DNA of 64,000 nucleotides from Chitinophagaceae bacterium (GTDB lineage Bacteria; Bacteroidota; Bacteroidia; Chitinophagales; Chitinophagaceae): NCBI GenBank assembly GCA_031441485.1, contig JANOEQ010000108.1, positions 387 to 64,386 of the forward strand, read 5' to 3'. Shown piece by piece: positions 36,365 to 44,576 of this stretch (position 1 is its first letter; each line of letters starts with the position of its first letter). The notes under the pieces were generated by a model. It saw only the letters and a program-made list of their open reading frames with translations, ran no database searches and was not told where the DNA came from. The position numbers and the translations under genes were made by a program.

Positions 36365-37186
36365 TTACGTGTTTATAAAATATCCTATATAGGTTTCAAA
36401 AGTTTCCCAAGCCGCATCAAACCACTCATCACTGAACAAAAATCCTGCTAAAGCTTTTTTTTCTGATTGAATATCAATCTTCCACTGAGAGGGAATGGCA
36501 GCCAGTATAACATCAATGTCAGCCCGGCAGGCCTGTCTACAAAGGTAGGATTTCCCTCTGAGGCCTGCAAGTGTATTATAAACCTGTCCGGCAGGATGAA
36601 ATAATCTGGCAAAAGCTTCGCTATAGATAAGCGATTCTTCATAGGTGATAGGAATCAACCGGTTCGGGTTGTCCGAATGGTTAAAGCAGGCTTCGTGGTC
36701 AATCGGGTACAGCCGATAGCCGTTCTGACTGCCGCTTAATAGAATATTGTAATTATTATGCGACCGGTCTTCATTTGCTGCCCAGATGTCAAAAAATGAC
36801 AACCGTAGAAAATCATCTTTAAAGCCTGGCGAAAGTCTTTTAGTCAGCAGAGCGATATTATGCTTATCCAGCTCGGTTGAGTGTGGCACCTTTTGTAAAC
36901 CGAAACAGGGATAAGCAAAATGGTTTCGGTTAATCCCCAACTCAGCAGAAATATGCTCATCTTTTACTTGTATACTATTTACCGGAGCAGCATTGAAACT
37001 CCAGTAAGGCAGAAAAGCAGCAATAAGAAATTCTTTATATAACCGGTAAGCCCGTGTAGTCAACCTGTTGTATTTACAATAATAGTATTCCATGTCACTG
37101 GCATGTACTAAAACAGGCCTGTTCATGGTCTCCACAATGTTGGCAGGGTCAAGTGATTCTATCGAATATAATACTGGCACACGCAA
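36365..37186 (-). CDS. HipA-like (HipA_C / HipA_2-type) serine/threonine kinase, 273 aa
   Basis: FDIWAANEDRSHNNYNILL aligns to the HipA catalytic loop (FNWLIGATDGHAKNFSVFL). YRLYPIDHEACF aligns to the HipA Mg-binding Asp region. The N-terminus RPVLVHASDMEYYYCKY resembles the ATP-site strand pair. The start is uncertain: TTG 37186, GTG 37180 or ATG 37126. Confidence 0.65.
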   Translation of the reverse strand: MRVPVLYSIESLDPANIVETMNRPVLVHASDMEYYYCKYNRLTTRAYRLYKEFLIAAFLPYWSFNAAPVNSIQVKDEHISAELGINRNHFAYPCFGLQKVPHSTELDKHNIALLTKRLSPGFKDDFLRLSFFDIWAANEDRSHNNYNILLSGSQNGYRLYPIDHEACFNHSDNPNRLIPITYEESLIYSEAFARLFHPAGQVYNTLAGLRGKSYLCRQACRADIDVILAAIPSQWKIDIQSEKKALAGFLFSDEWFDAAWETFETYIGYFINT

Positions 37187-37379
37187 ATATCAGCAAGATT
37201 TTTATAGCAATTTTTCATTTTCGCTGAAAGTATTAGACACATCAGGACTTAACGCACAGATTATCTTACCGAATTCAAAACTGAACTTAAAGATTCACAT
37301 GTAAGAGTACTGTGACCCTGCGCCCGAAAAAAGAATCTTGCATTCTGTCCGATTACCTGCCAAGAACGTTGTCCGTCGC

Positions 37380-37450
37380 TGGATATTGACACTTATTTTT
37401 GGACCGGTCTTACCGAAGGGAATAATTAAAAGAAAATTGGTAAATAGGCA
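37380..37450. repeat. ~72-bp direct duplicate of the 3' end and flank of the truncated gene at 34933-35004
   Basis: TGGATATTGACACTTATTTTT...GAAGGGAATAATTAAAAGAAAATTGGTAAATAGGCA matches TGGATACAGCCACTTATTTTTT...GGAGGGAATAATTAAAAGAAAACTGGTAAATAGGCA. Homology stops abruptly at 37450/37451. Confidence 0.6.
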
Positions 37451-37929
37451 TCATACCAGGTATGAATAGGTTTGAAACGGCCGACTTGCTACTGCATCAT
37501 GTTCTTGCTCTGCATGTATTGATGCTTACCATGTACGACTCTGAACTTTCCCTTATCCGTCTGCTGCAGACCGGTGTAAGGGGTTTCCTGAAAAAAGATA
37601 TACATCCCGATGAATTAAAGTTTGCCATCCAGTCAGTAATGCAGTCTCGATATTATTATTCCAACCATACAACAGATAAATTAGTAAACCTGTTCCGGAA
37701 TAATGCGGAGGGAAGCCTGGGCCTGCAAAAAGCCATGCTTTCTTTTCAGGAGCTGGAATTTTTAAAACTCGCCTGTTCTGATCTTACCTACAAGGAAATA
37801 GCGCAGCAGATGCACCTGAACCCCCGCTCTGTAGATACCCTGCGTGACCAATTGTTTACCAAACTGGCGGTAAAGAGCCGGGTAGGGCTGGCCATGGTGG
37901 CAGTACGGCATGGGGTGGTTACTTTTTAA
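37451..37929 (+). pseudogene. 5'-truncated NarL/LuxR response regulator (the phospho-acceptor half of the receiver is missing)
   Basis: Homology to the paralogues begins at IPGMNRFET (corresponding to ...MPxxDG...). LHVLMLTMYDSE aligns to LKIIILTMYDDQE of the 34113 gene. The LuxR HTH is intact. The first ~55 residues, including the acidic pocket and the phospho-acceptor Asp, are absent. Confidence 0.75.
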
Positions 37930-38086
37930 AACCCATAATATATCCTCCCGTATATTCAATCCTGGCTAAGCAGGTGGTCCAGGAAGGTTTATACAAAATC
38001 TTTTTTTCTGCTGTTGGGCTTTGTCAGCATTCTTCTCTTCCTAAAACAATAAATAGCACATTATCAATATATTGGATAAAATAATA

Positions 38087-38337
38087 GGCAGGTGGATCTA
38101 CTAAAAAGGCAGGTGGTACCTAACAAAAGGTGAGGGTAGCCTAACTAAAAGTGAGGGGATACCTATCAAAAAGTGAGGGTAACCTAATTAAAAGTGAGGT
38201 GGTACCTATCAAAAAGTGATGGTAACCTAACTAAAAGTGAGATGGTACCTATCAAAAGGTTAGGGTAACCTAACTAAAAGTGAGGTGGTACCTAACAAAA
38301 AGTGAGGGTACCCTAACAAAGAGCAGGGTATCTGCGG
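38087..38337. repeat. array of 11 full head-to-tail 21/22-bp repeats plus a partial twelfth, alternating two subtypes (43-bp super-period)
   Basis: Units run GTGAGGTGGTACCTATCAAAAA / GTGAGGGTAACCTAACTAAAA and so on, starting at 38087, 38108, 38129, 38151, 38173, 38194, 38216, 38237, 38259, 38280, 38302 and 38323 (partial). There are no spacers. Confidence 0.9.
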
Positions 38338-38502
38338 AGTAAGGTATATGGTTTATAATTGACCAGGCTCAAGGTCAAAAAACGCTTCCAGGGCCCCTTA
38401 TCGTAATTTTCTACACATATTGTCGTAAAAAAACATAGTTCTATCGGAAGAGTACGATGGCTCCGGTAAATACCGAAATTTTTAAAAGCCGTGGTATTGC
38501 TC

Positions 38503-38533
38503 TTGTACACAATCCGGTGTGCATATACTTTTG
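38503..38533 (+). promoter_or_regulatory. candidate promoter (-33 cTTG, -7 TACTTTTG), paralogue of 32769-32799
   Basis: TTG at 38503-38505 and TActTTTG at 38526-38533, with a 20-nt spacer. It sits inside a ~200-bp stretch homologous to 32732-32940. Confidence 0.4.
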
Positions 38534-39183
38534 TTATAAGTTGATTGGCAGAAGATGGAGCCCCTGTATAGTCCTTTATCCTGAAGAAACCGTCCTGAAA
38601 TTTAATTTCCAAATCCTTTGAATGCTACTGCGAGATCCAATGTCAGTCAACTTCTTTCCATTGGCAGGAGCGGCTTTTGGCCGAAATACTTGTGGATAGT
38701 CAACAGGGAAAAACAATTCCTTTACCTGCCGCACCTTTGATGATTAAGGTTATACACTTACCTCTTTTAAAGCCCCCATACCCCCACATAATCTTTTCCA
38801 CACCTGTTAATAACCGGGTTTACACTTGGTAAGCTTACTATTCAAACATACGTATTTTTACTGAAATTACTTAGTAAACTTCCCCTATATTTGCAGGTAA
38901 GAATACGAATTTCGGATCTATTAATTGTATGGCTATTAGCCCCTTGGGGCAATCATTGTATTTCATTCTGAATTTACACTGATTGGTTTCCCGGCGGCAG
39001 AATACAATTTTTACAGCTCGGATTCGAATTTGAAAGGCTTAAAAATGTTACTGTTATGAAACAAATTGTGAAAAACGAACGTTACCAAAATGAGGTGGAA
39101 GTTCTCATTTGGGTAGAGGATTAATTTATGTAGCAATTCCCAAGAAGATTTAAAGTTTAAATCTTTAAAAAGTTTTTCTATTT

Positions 39184-39873
39184 TTGGACAAAATCCAAAT
39201 TATAGAAAAGCTTTTTTCATATATACTGGAGTCATCCTATTTGCTAATTCCACTATGCTTTTTTTTCAGCAAAGTTAAAAATAAGGCTTTGCCCATAACT
39301 CTCTTATTTTATGGGGTTGCATTTTTCTTCTTTCTGCATTTTTATTATGACATTCCAAAAGATTTCAGAAAAATCGAACAAACAGTATATACGCTACTAG
39401 AATACCTCTTTTTTTCGTATATAATATGGCTTATTACTGATAATAAAAAAACCAGAAGACTAATCTTCTGGTTATCAATTTTATTTTTATCCTTCGAAAT
39501 ATACTACTTCCTTACATCAGGTCCGCAAAGAATTGATTCAATTCCAGTAGGGATTGAAACCATTTTAATCTTATTTTACTCAATATTGTATTTCATAAAT
39601 TTTTTCAAGGAAAATACACAAAATTATATTTATAACGACTCCAGCTTTTGGATGATAGTAGGCATCTTGCTTTATTTGGGAAGTAGTTTCTTTTTCAATA
39701 TTCTGGCAAATCATCTTTCAGATGAGATAAACGACAACTACTGGTATTTGACATTTATCCCTGAAATCATCAAAAATATTTTATTATCAATTGGAATTAT
39801 TATTTACAAAGGTGATTCAAAAGATAGCCTCGCTAAAAAACCATCTACTGTCCCATACTTAGATATGATTTAA
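39184..39873 (+). CDS. AT-rich polytopic membrane protein (about 6-7 TM), hypothetical
   Basis: Hydrophobic segments throughout (LLIPLCFFF, LLFYGVAFFFFL, IFWLSILFLSF, ILILFYSILYF, WMIVGILLYLGSSFFF, LLSIGIIIY). TTG start. The histidine kinase gene follows 18 nt downstream. Confidence 0.65.
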   Translation: MDKIQIIEKLFSYILESSYLLIPLCFFFSKVKNKALPITLLFYGVAFFFFLHFYYDIPKDFRKIEQTVYTLLEYLFFSYIIWLITDNKKTRRLIFWLSILFLSFEIYYFLTSGPQRIDSIPVGIETILILFYSILYFINFFKENTQNYIYNDSSFWMIVGILLYLGSSFFFNILANHLSDEINDNYWYLTFIPEIIKNILLSIGIIIYKGDSKDSLAKKPSTVPYLDMI

Positions 39874-39891
39874 TCTAACCACTAACCAACC

Positions 39892-40722
39892 ATGTTCTTC
39901 CTACAAGCCACCAGCAAATCCGGAGTTTCATTTGTGCTCTTCCTTGGCACAGTGGGCATGGTTGTGCTTACCGTGGCCCTTATCATATTCATCATTATGC
40001 ACCAGCGCCGGGTAATGCGCTTCCATAAAAAAATACAGCAGATGGAGCAGGACCAGCAAAAGATATTGCTGAATGCCTCCATCAAACTGCAGGAAGAAGA
40101 ACGCCAGCGCCTTGCTGCCGACCTGCATGATGATGCCGGCCCGCTGCTGGCCACCGTTCGCCTGTACCTCAATGAGAATCTCGTAAACCAGGATAAAACC
40201 ACCCAGATACAATCCATCTTCCAGGCCAGACAGATAGTGGATGACACCATACAATTAGTTCGTAACATCAGCCACAACCTGATGCCACCCACGCTGAAAA
40301 ATTTCGGACTGGAATCTGCCGTCAACGATCTGTTTCAAAAAATAAGCGGCTCTGGCAGCATCAATGCCAGCAGTCGTTTTCATGAATACAAACAACGGCT
40401 CAAAGAAGAAAAAGAACTGATCATATTCCGGGTGGTGCAGGAACTGATCAATAATATCCTTAAACACAGTAATTCCAGTTTTATACACCTTACCCAAAAT
40501 GTTCATTCCGATAAATTCTATCTCCGCATCCATCACGACGGGCGGGGCATAGTACAGTCTGATTTTGAAAAACTGAACAAAAGCAATGTGGGGCTTGGAC
40601 TGAAAAACATTACCAGCCGTATGCGCCTGGTACAGGGAAATATCAGCTTCGAAAAAGATATTTCACAAACCTATTTTAAAGTTACCATCGAGATGCCAAA
40701 GGATGAACCCTTTGCTGTGTAA
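39892..40722 (+). CDS. HisKA_3-type sensor histidine kinase (single TM, no extracytoplasmic sensor domain)
   Basis: One TM (VLFLGTVGMVVLTVALIIFII), the H box RLAADLHDDAGPLL, and a HATPase region (ELINNILKHS...GLGLKNI). Confidence 0.88.
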   Translation: MFFLQATSKSGVSFVLFLGTVGMVVLTVALIIFIIMHQRRVMRFHKKIQQMEQDQQKILLNASIKLQEEERQRLAADLHDDAGPLLATVRLYLNENLVNQDKTTQIQSIFQARQIVDDTIQLVRNISHNLMPPTLKNFGLESAVNDLFQKISGSGSINASSRFHEYKQRLKEEKELIIFRVVQELINNILKHSNSSFIHLTQNVHSDKFYLRIHHDGRGIVQSDFEKLNKSNVGLGLKNITSRMRLVQGNISFEKDISQTYFKVTIEMPKDEPFAV

Positions 40723-40723
40723 C

Positions 40724-40845
40724 GGGTGCATTCAAATTGTCGCAATTTCAATCTTGCAGAACCTGCAGACAAAACATCAGATAGTTAAAAACAGAACATT
40801 GCCACCCTTCGGCTCGGGCCAAAAGCGACAATTTAGAATGCACCC
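40724..40845. mobile_element. MITE-like element, copy 2 (122 bp, inverted relative to copy 1)
   Basis: The same TIRs (GGGTGCATTCAAATTGTCGC ... GCGACAATTTAGAATGCACCC). The internal sequence aligns to the reverse complement of 10027-10152. The flanks TGTGTAAC / CGTTTAAC match at 6 of 8 positions. Confidence 0.7.
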
Positions 40846-40942
40846 CGTTTAACCTGCCTGTTTTTGTTTTATTCTGTAAACCGTACCCGCCGGAAACACT
40901 TCAGAACCTGTAATCGATTAACTTTACCCAATATATGATACT

Positions 40943-41593
40943 ATGGGAACCATTAAGGTAGCGATAGCTGATGATCACAAAATATTCCGCAAAGGGGTTA
41001 TTCTTTCCCTTCGTCTTTTTACCAATATAAAGTTTGTACTGGAAGCCGAAAACGGTCAGGACCTGCTGGACGGACTACCTGCATCCGAACCTGATGTGGT
41101 GCTGATGGACTTGCGAATGCCGGGCAAAGATGGCATAGAAGCAACCAAAGCCATCAGCAAGCAATACCCGCAAATAAAAGTGCTGGTACTGAGTATGTAT
41201 GAAGATGAACGCTTCGTATACCACCTGATGGAAAATGGCGCCAATGGTTACCTGCTTAAAAGCGCTGAGCCCAATGAAATAAAAAGGGCCATCATGGAAG
41301 TACATGAAAAAGGATACTACCTGAATAATTTTGTAAACCGCATCCTCTTAAAAAAATCCCACTCCCGCCAGCGGGTAATACCTTCACTAAACAGTGAGAT
41401 AACCCTCAGCGATAAGGAAAAAGATGTACTTCGATTTATTTGTATGGAATTTACCGCTGCTGAAATAGCACAAAAAATGGAAATCAGCCCCCGAACAGTG
41501 GAAGCCATTAAAGACCGCCTGATGGAAAGATTTGGAAGCAAGAACACTGCCGGGCTCGTCTTTTTCGCTGTAAAGAATAATCTTATGGATTAA
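40943..41593 (+). CDS. NarL/LuxR-family response regulator
   Basis: Receiver domain (VAIADDH...VVLMDLRMP) plus a LuxR HTH (LSDKEKDVLRF...ISPRTVE). Confidence 0.9.
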   Translation: MGTIKVAIADDHKIFRKGVILSLRLFTNIKFVLEAENGQDLLDGLPASEPDVVLMDLRMPGKDGIEATKAISKQYPQIKVLVLSMYEDERFVYHLMENGANGYLLKSAEPNEIKRAIMEVHEKGYYLNNFVNRILLKKSHSRQRVIPSLNSEITLSDKEKDVLRFICMEFTAAEIAQKMEISPRTVEAIKDRLMERFGSKNTAGLVFFAVKNNLMD

Positions 41594-41661
41594 TGAGTTA
41601 ATTTGGCGATGAGGTAGATAATTGTGATTGGGGCTGCGCTTGTCTTTGGCCATTCACCATT

Positions 41662-42345
41662 CTACAACTCCATCTCGGGTATTTCACCTTCTATTATCAA
41701 CTTCCCTGCAGTCTTCGCCCTGATTTCTTCCACCGTTACTCCCGGTGCCCTTTCCAGTAATCTGAAACCCTGAGGCGTAACGTCGAGTACCCCCAAATCA
41801 GACACTATCTTCTTTACACACTTTACACCCGTAAGCGGTAAAGTACAATGTGTCAATAATTTTGATTCCCCTTTTGGATTGCTGTGAACCATGGCCACAA
41901 TAATGTTTTTAGCACTTGCCACCAGGTCCATTGCTCCCCCCATTCCCTTTACCATTTTGCCAGGTATTTTCCAGTTGGCAATATCTCCCTGCTCACTTAC
42001 TTCCATAGCACCCAGCACCGTCAGGTCCACTTTACCGGCCCTTATCATTCCAAAACTCATGGCCGAATCAAAAAAAGCAGATCCGGGTACTGTTGTTATC
42101 GTTTGCTTGCCGGCATTAATGAGGTCAGGGTTCTCCTCCCCTTCATAAGGAAAGGGCCCCATGCCCAGCAATCCGTTTTCGCTTTGCAGCACTACATTTA
42201 CACCCGCAGGAATATAATTGGCCACCAGGGTGGGTATCCCAATTCCCAAGTTCACATAGTAACCATCTTTCAGCTCTTTTGCTATACGCTGCGCTATTTG
42301 CTCTTTTGTAAGACCCATGATGACCTGTTTAACTGATTTGACCAA
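41662..42345 (-). CDS. 3-oxoacid CoA-transferase subunit B
   Basis: The SENGLLGMGP motif with the catalytic Glu context. It pairs with subunit A upstream. The start could instead be 42318. Confidence 0.9.
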   Translation of the reverse strand: MVKSVKQVIMGLTKEQIAQRIAKELKDGYYVNLGIGIPTLVANYIPAGVNVVLQSENGLLGMGPFPYEGEENPDLINAGKQTITTVPGSAFFDSAMSFGMIRAGKVDLTVLGAMEVSEQGDIANWKIPGKMVKGMGGAMDLVASAKNIIVAMVHSNPKGESKLLTHCTLPLTGVKCVKKIVSDLGVLDVTPQGFRLLERAPGVTVEEIRAKTAGKLIIEGEIPEMEL

Positions 42346-42351
42346 TTTGAC

Positions 42352-43050
42352 TTATTCTCTTTTCCTCACGGTTCTTTGTTCGATCCGCTTTTCATAATTC
42401 ACGCCTTCAAATATCCGGTGCACATAAATACCAGGTGTATGAATGCTGTTGGGGTCAAGGAACCCGGCAGGCACCAATTCTTCTACTTCTGCTATCGTTA
42501 TTCTACCAGCCATTGCCATCAGCGGATTAAAGTTCCTCGCTGTTTCTTTAAATACCAGGTTGCCGTCTGTATCGCCCTTCCAGGCCTTTACAATGGCATA
42601 GTCCGCATCAAATGCATACTCCAGTAAATATTCTTTCCCATCAAAAACCCTGCTTTCTTTTCCTTTGGCTACTTCTGTACCTACACCTGCGGGAGTAAAA
42701 ATAGCCGGCATTCCATATCCGGCGGCCATACACCGGGTGGCAAGTGTTCCCTGTGGTATCAGTTCCACTTCCAGTTCGCCGCTCAACAGTTGCCGTTCAA
42801 ATTCCGCATTCTCCCCCACATAAGAGGATATCATTTTTTTAACCTGCTTTTGCTTCAGCATTAATCCTATGCCAAAGTCATCCACTCCGGCGTTGTTTGA
42901 AATACAAGTCAGGTTTTTTATTCCTTTGGCCACCAATGCACCAATACAATTTTCCGGGATTCCACATAAGCCAAATCCTCCAAGCATGATGGTGGCCCCA
43001 TCTCTAATATCCTTTACGGCATCATCGGCAGCTGCAACAACTTTATTCAT
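42352..43050 (-). CDS. 3-oxoacid CoA-transferase subunit A
   Basis: [10 protein letters not shown] and the family-typical ELVPQGTLA-like motif ([11 protein letters not shown]). Confidence 0.9.
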   Translation of the reverse strand: MNKVVAAADDAVKDIRDGATIMLGGFGLCGIPENCIGALVAKGIKNLTCISNNAGVDDFGIGLMLKQKQVKKMISSYVGENAEFERQLLSGELEVELIPQGTLATRCMAAGYGMPAIFTPAGVGTEVAKGKESRVFDGKEYLLEYAFDADYAIVKAWKGDTDGNLVFKETARNFNPLMAMAGRITIAEVEELVPAGFLDPNSIHTPGIYVHRIFEGVNYEKRIEQRTVRKRE

Positions 43051-43122
43051 TGAAAATGATTAAGGCATAAAATTAGTAAACTTAAAAGAAGATTATGCAG
43101 GAGAATTAATTCCCGTTGGGAT

Positions 43123-43662
43123 TCAATTACCGGTTAAGGGGCGTTTCTTTTTCAAGGGCCTTGCAGCACTATCCTTTTTAAACGGAGAGGCTACCTGTGG
43201 CGTCCTTATTTTTTTTATCGAATCTATATTAGTGGAAGGGATTGGCGGAGCAGGTATTTTCGTTGTGCCCGTATCGGTGATAGCAGGTACCGGCGCCAAT
43301 TTTTTCATAGTGCCTTCGTCGGTGATTGGGGTGGCCAACTTTTGTTTTGACAGTGAATCCATAAGCATCTGCAACTGCAGGGGATTTGATCTGTAGTAAG
43401 TAAAACTTTTTTCAAACTCCTCCTTGCTGATTTTATGAAATGCAAATATCCGGCTGTACAATTTTATGCTTTCCTGTTCTTTATTTTTTGAGCTGTCTTT
43501 ATTCAACACGTAATCGGAAAGAAACTGGTCAGCCCTCATCATATCCCACATTACTGCCTGCATTTTGGGTTGGGGTAAAATATTGCCAGGCACTTTGCCG
43601 GAGTCTTTACATCCAGCTATTATCAATAATGTAAGTGCAAACAGTGGCAGCAGAGGTCTCAT
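43123..43662 (-). CDS. DUF4296-like lipoprotein
   Basis: Lipobox LLIIAGC. The N-terminal pattern (ILPQPKMQAVMWDMMRADQF) resembles DUF4296. Overlaps the upstream gene by 4 bp. Confidence 0.6.
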   Translation of the reverse strand: MRPLLPLFALTLLIIAGCKDSGKVPGNILPQPKMQAVMWDMMRADQFLSDYVLNKDSSKNKEQESIKLYSRIFAFHKISKEEFEKSFTYYRSNPLQLQMLMDSLSKQKLATPITDEGTMKKLAPVPAITDTGTTKIPAPPIPSTNIDSIKKIRTPQVASPFKKDSAARPLKKKRPLTGN

Positions 43663-44576
43663 TTTAGTTCTTTGTAGGCTGATGTATTCGAAATATCCAC
43701 CTTCATCAAAATGTCTTTTGCCCTGGTTTTTTGTTCTACAGTCCCTTTGCTGAATACTTTTACGAGTTCATTACTTTTCCCCTGGAAAAATACCTGCAAA
43801 ATCATAGAGTTTGGGTTTTCACTGTTGATGGTATTTAAAAAATTAAGGCTGTTGAGCAGCCCGTTTCGTCCGGCATCTTCGTTCTCATAAAAAATATCCA
43901 TACCAGAACGATAGTAAGAATAAATAGCATCGTGTACCAGATTAAACCGGCTGCTGTTTAGATTTTCCGCCAGCCAATACCTGTTGCGAAGGGTTTCAAA
44001 AGATTTCCATCCGGTGATATCTCTGCTCTCAGGTGCGTTATTTACAATATTCCAGGCTTTCTGAAAATAACTATCCCCACCTCTCAATGAAAATGAGTTA
44101 TAATCCAGGCCAATGATCATATTTGCATAATAAGCCAGAATGGCTGTAATATTTGCCACCAGCGGATCATTCCCCTGCACCCGGTTCTCATTGAATTCCA
44201 CTGGCTGAAATTCCACATAACGGAAAACAATATTATCATCCAGAAAATTCAGCAGAGGAGAATCATAACTGGTATTGTATACCGGCCGGGCTGCCTGCAC
44301 CGTCAATTTCCCTTTATACACATTATTGCCCAGGTCCTGCTCTATAGTAAGCAGAAAATTACATTGTATGCGTTCAGATGGCTGGAAAGCGTCATTGGTC
44401 CAGCGGCGGTTATTCAAAAAATTCGTCAGCGCTGTCTGCAGCGTAAGAAATACTTTTTTATCTATTTGTGTACTTACCTTACTGGTTATTACTGAAAACC
44501 GGGCTTGCAATTCCTGCCCATCAGCAAACAGGGAACTCATTACCAACAATACAACGGCTGCATATTTTTTATACAT
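43659..44576 (-). CDS. DUF4835-family protein (PorD-like T9SS-associated protein)
   Basis: Signal peptide, ~300 aa, in the conserved position downstream of coaBC in Bacteroidetes. The family assignment is from memory of that neighbourhood. Confidence 0.55.
   Translation of the reverse strand: MYKKYAAVVLLVMSSLFADGQELQARFSVITSKVSTQIDKKVFLTLQTALTNFLNNRRWTNDAFQPSERIQCNFLLTIEQDLGNNVYKGKLTVQAARPVYNTSYDSPLLNFLDDNIVFRYVEFQPVEFNENRVQGNDPLVANITAILAYYANMIIGLDYNSFSLRGGDSYFQKAWNIVNNAPESRDITGWKSFETLRNRYWLAENLNSSRFNLVHDAIYSYYRSGMDIFYENEDAGRNGLLNSLNFLNTINSENPNSMILQVFFQGKSNELVKVFSKGTVEQKTRAKDILMKVDISNTSAYKELK

Noticed and set aside
38087-38337. Possible CRISPR array
   Set aside because: The repeat units abut one another with no unique spacers. 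The unit length is 21-22 bp, two subtypes alternate, and no cas genes are in the window.
39056-39124. 22-aa mini-ORF MKQIVKNERYQNEVEVLIWVED upstream of the membrane-protein gene, plus a 19-aa mini-ORF at 32819-32878
   Set aside because: There is no conservation between the paralogous regions and no supporting signal beyond an ATG. It is too short to evaluate from sequence alone.
39179-39186. TATTTTTG -7-like box just before the membrane-protein gene
   Set aside because: It overlaps the only available (TTG) start codon and lies in very AT-rich sequence where such matches arise by chance. A second -7-like box, TATATTTG at 38886-38893, has no -33 partner and is also left unannotated.
41884-42336. 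150-aa and 85-aa + strand ORFs inside the CoA-transferase B gene
   Set aside because: They are antisense to a gene with strong family motifs, and they are His/Tyr/Arg-rich with no features.
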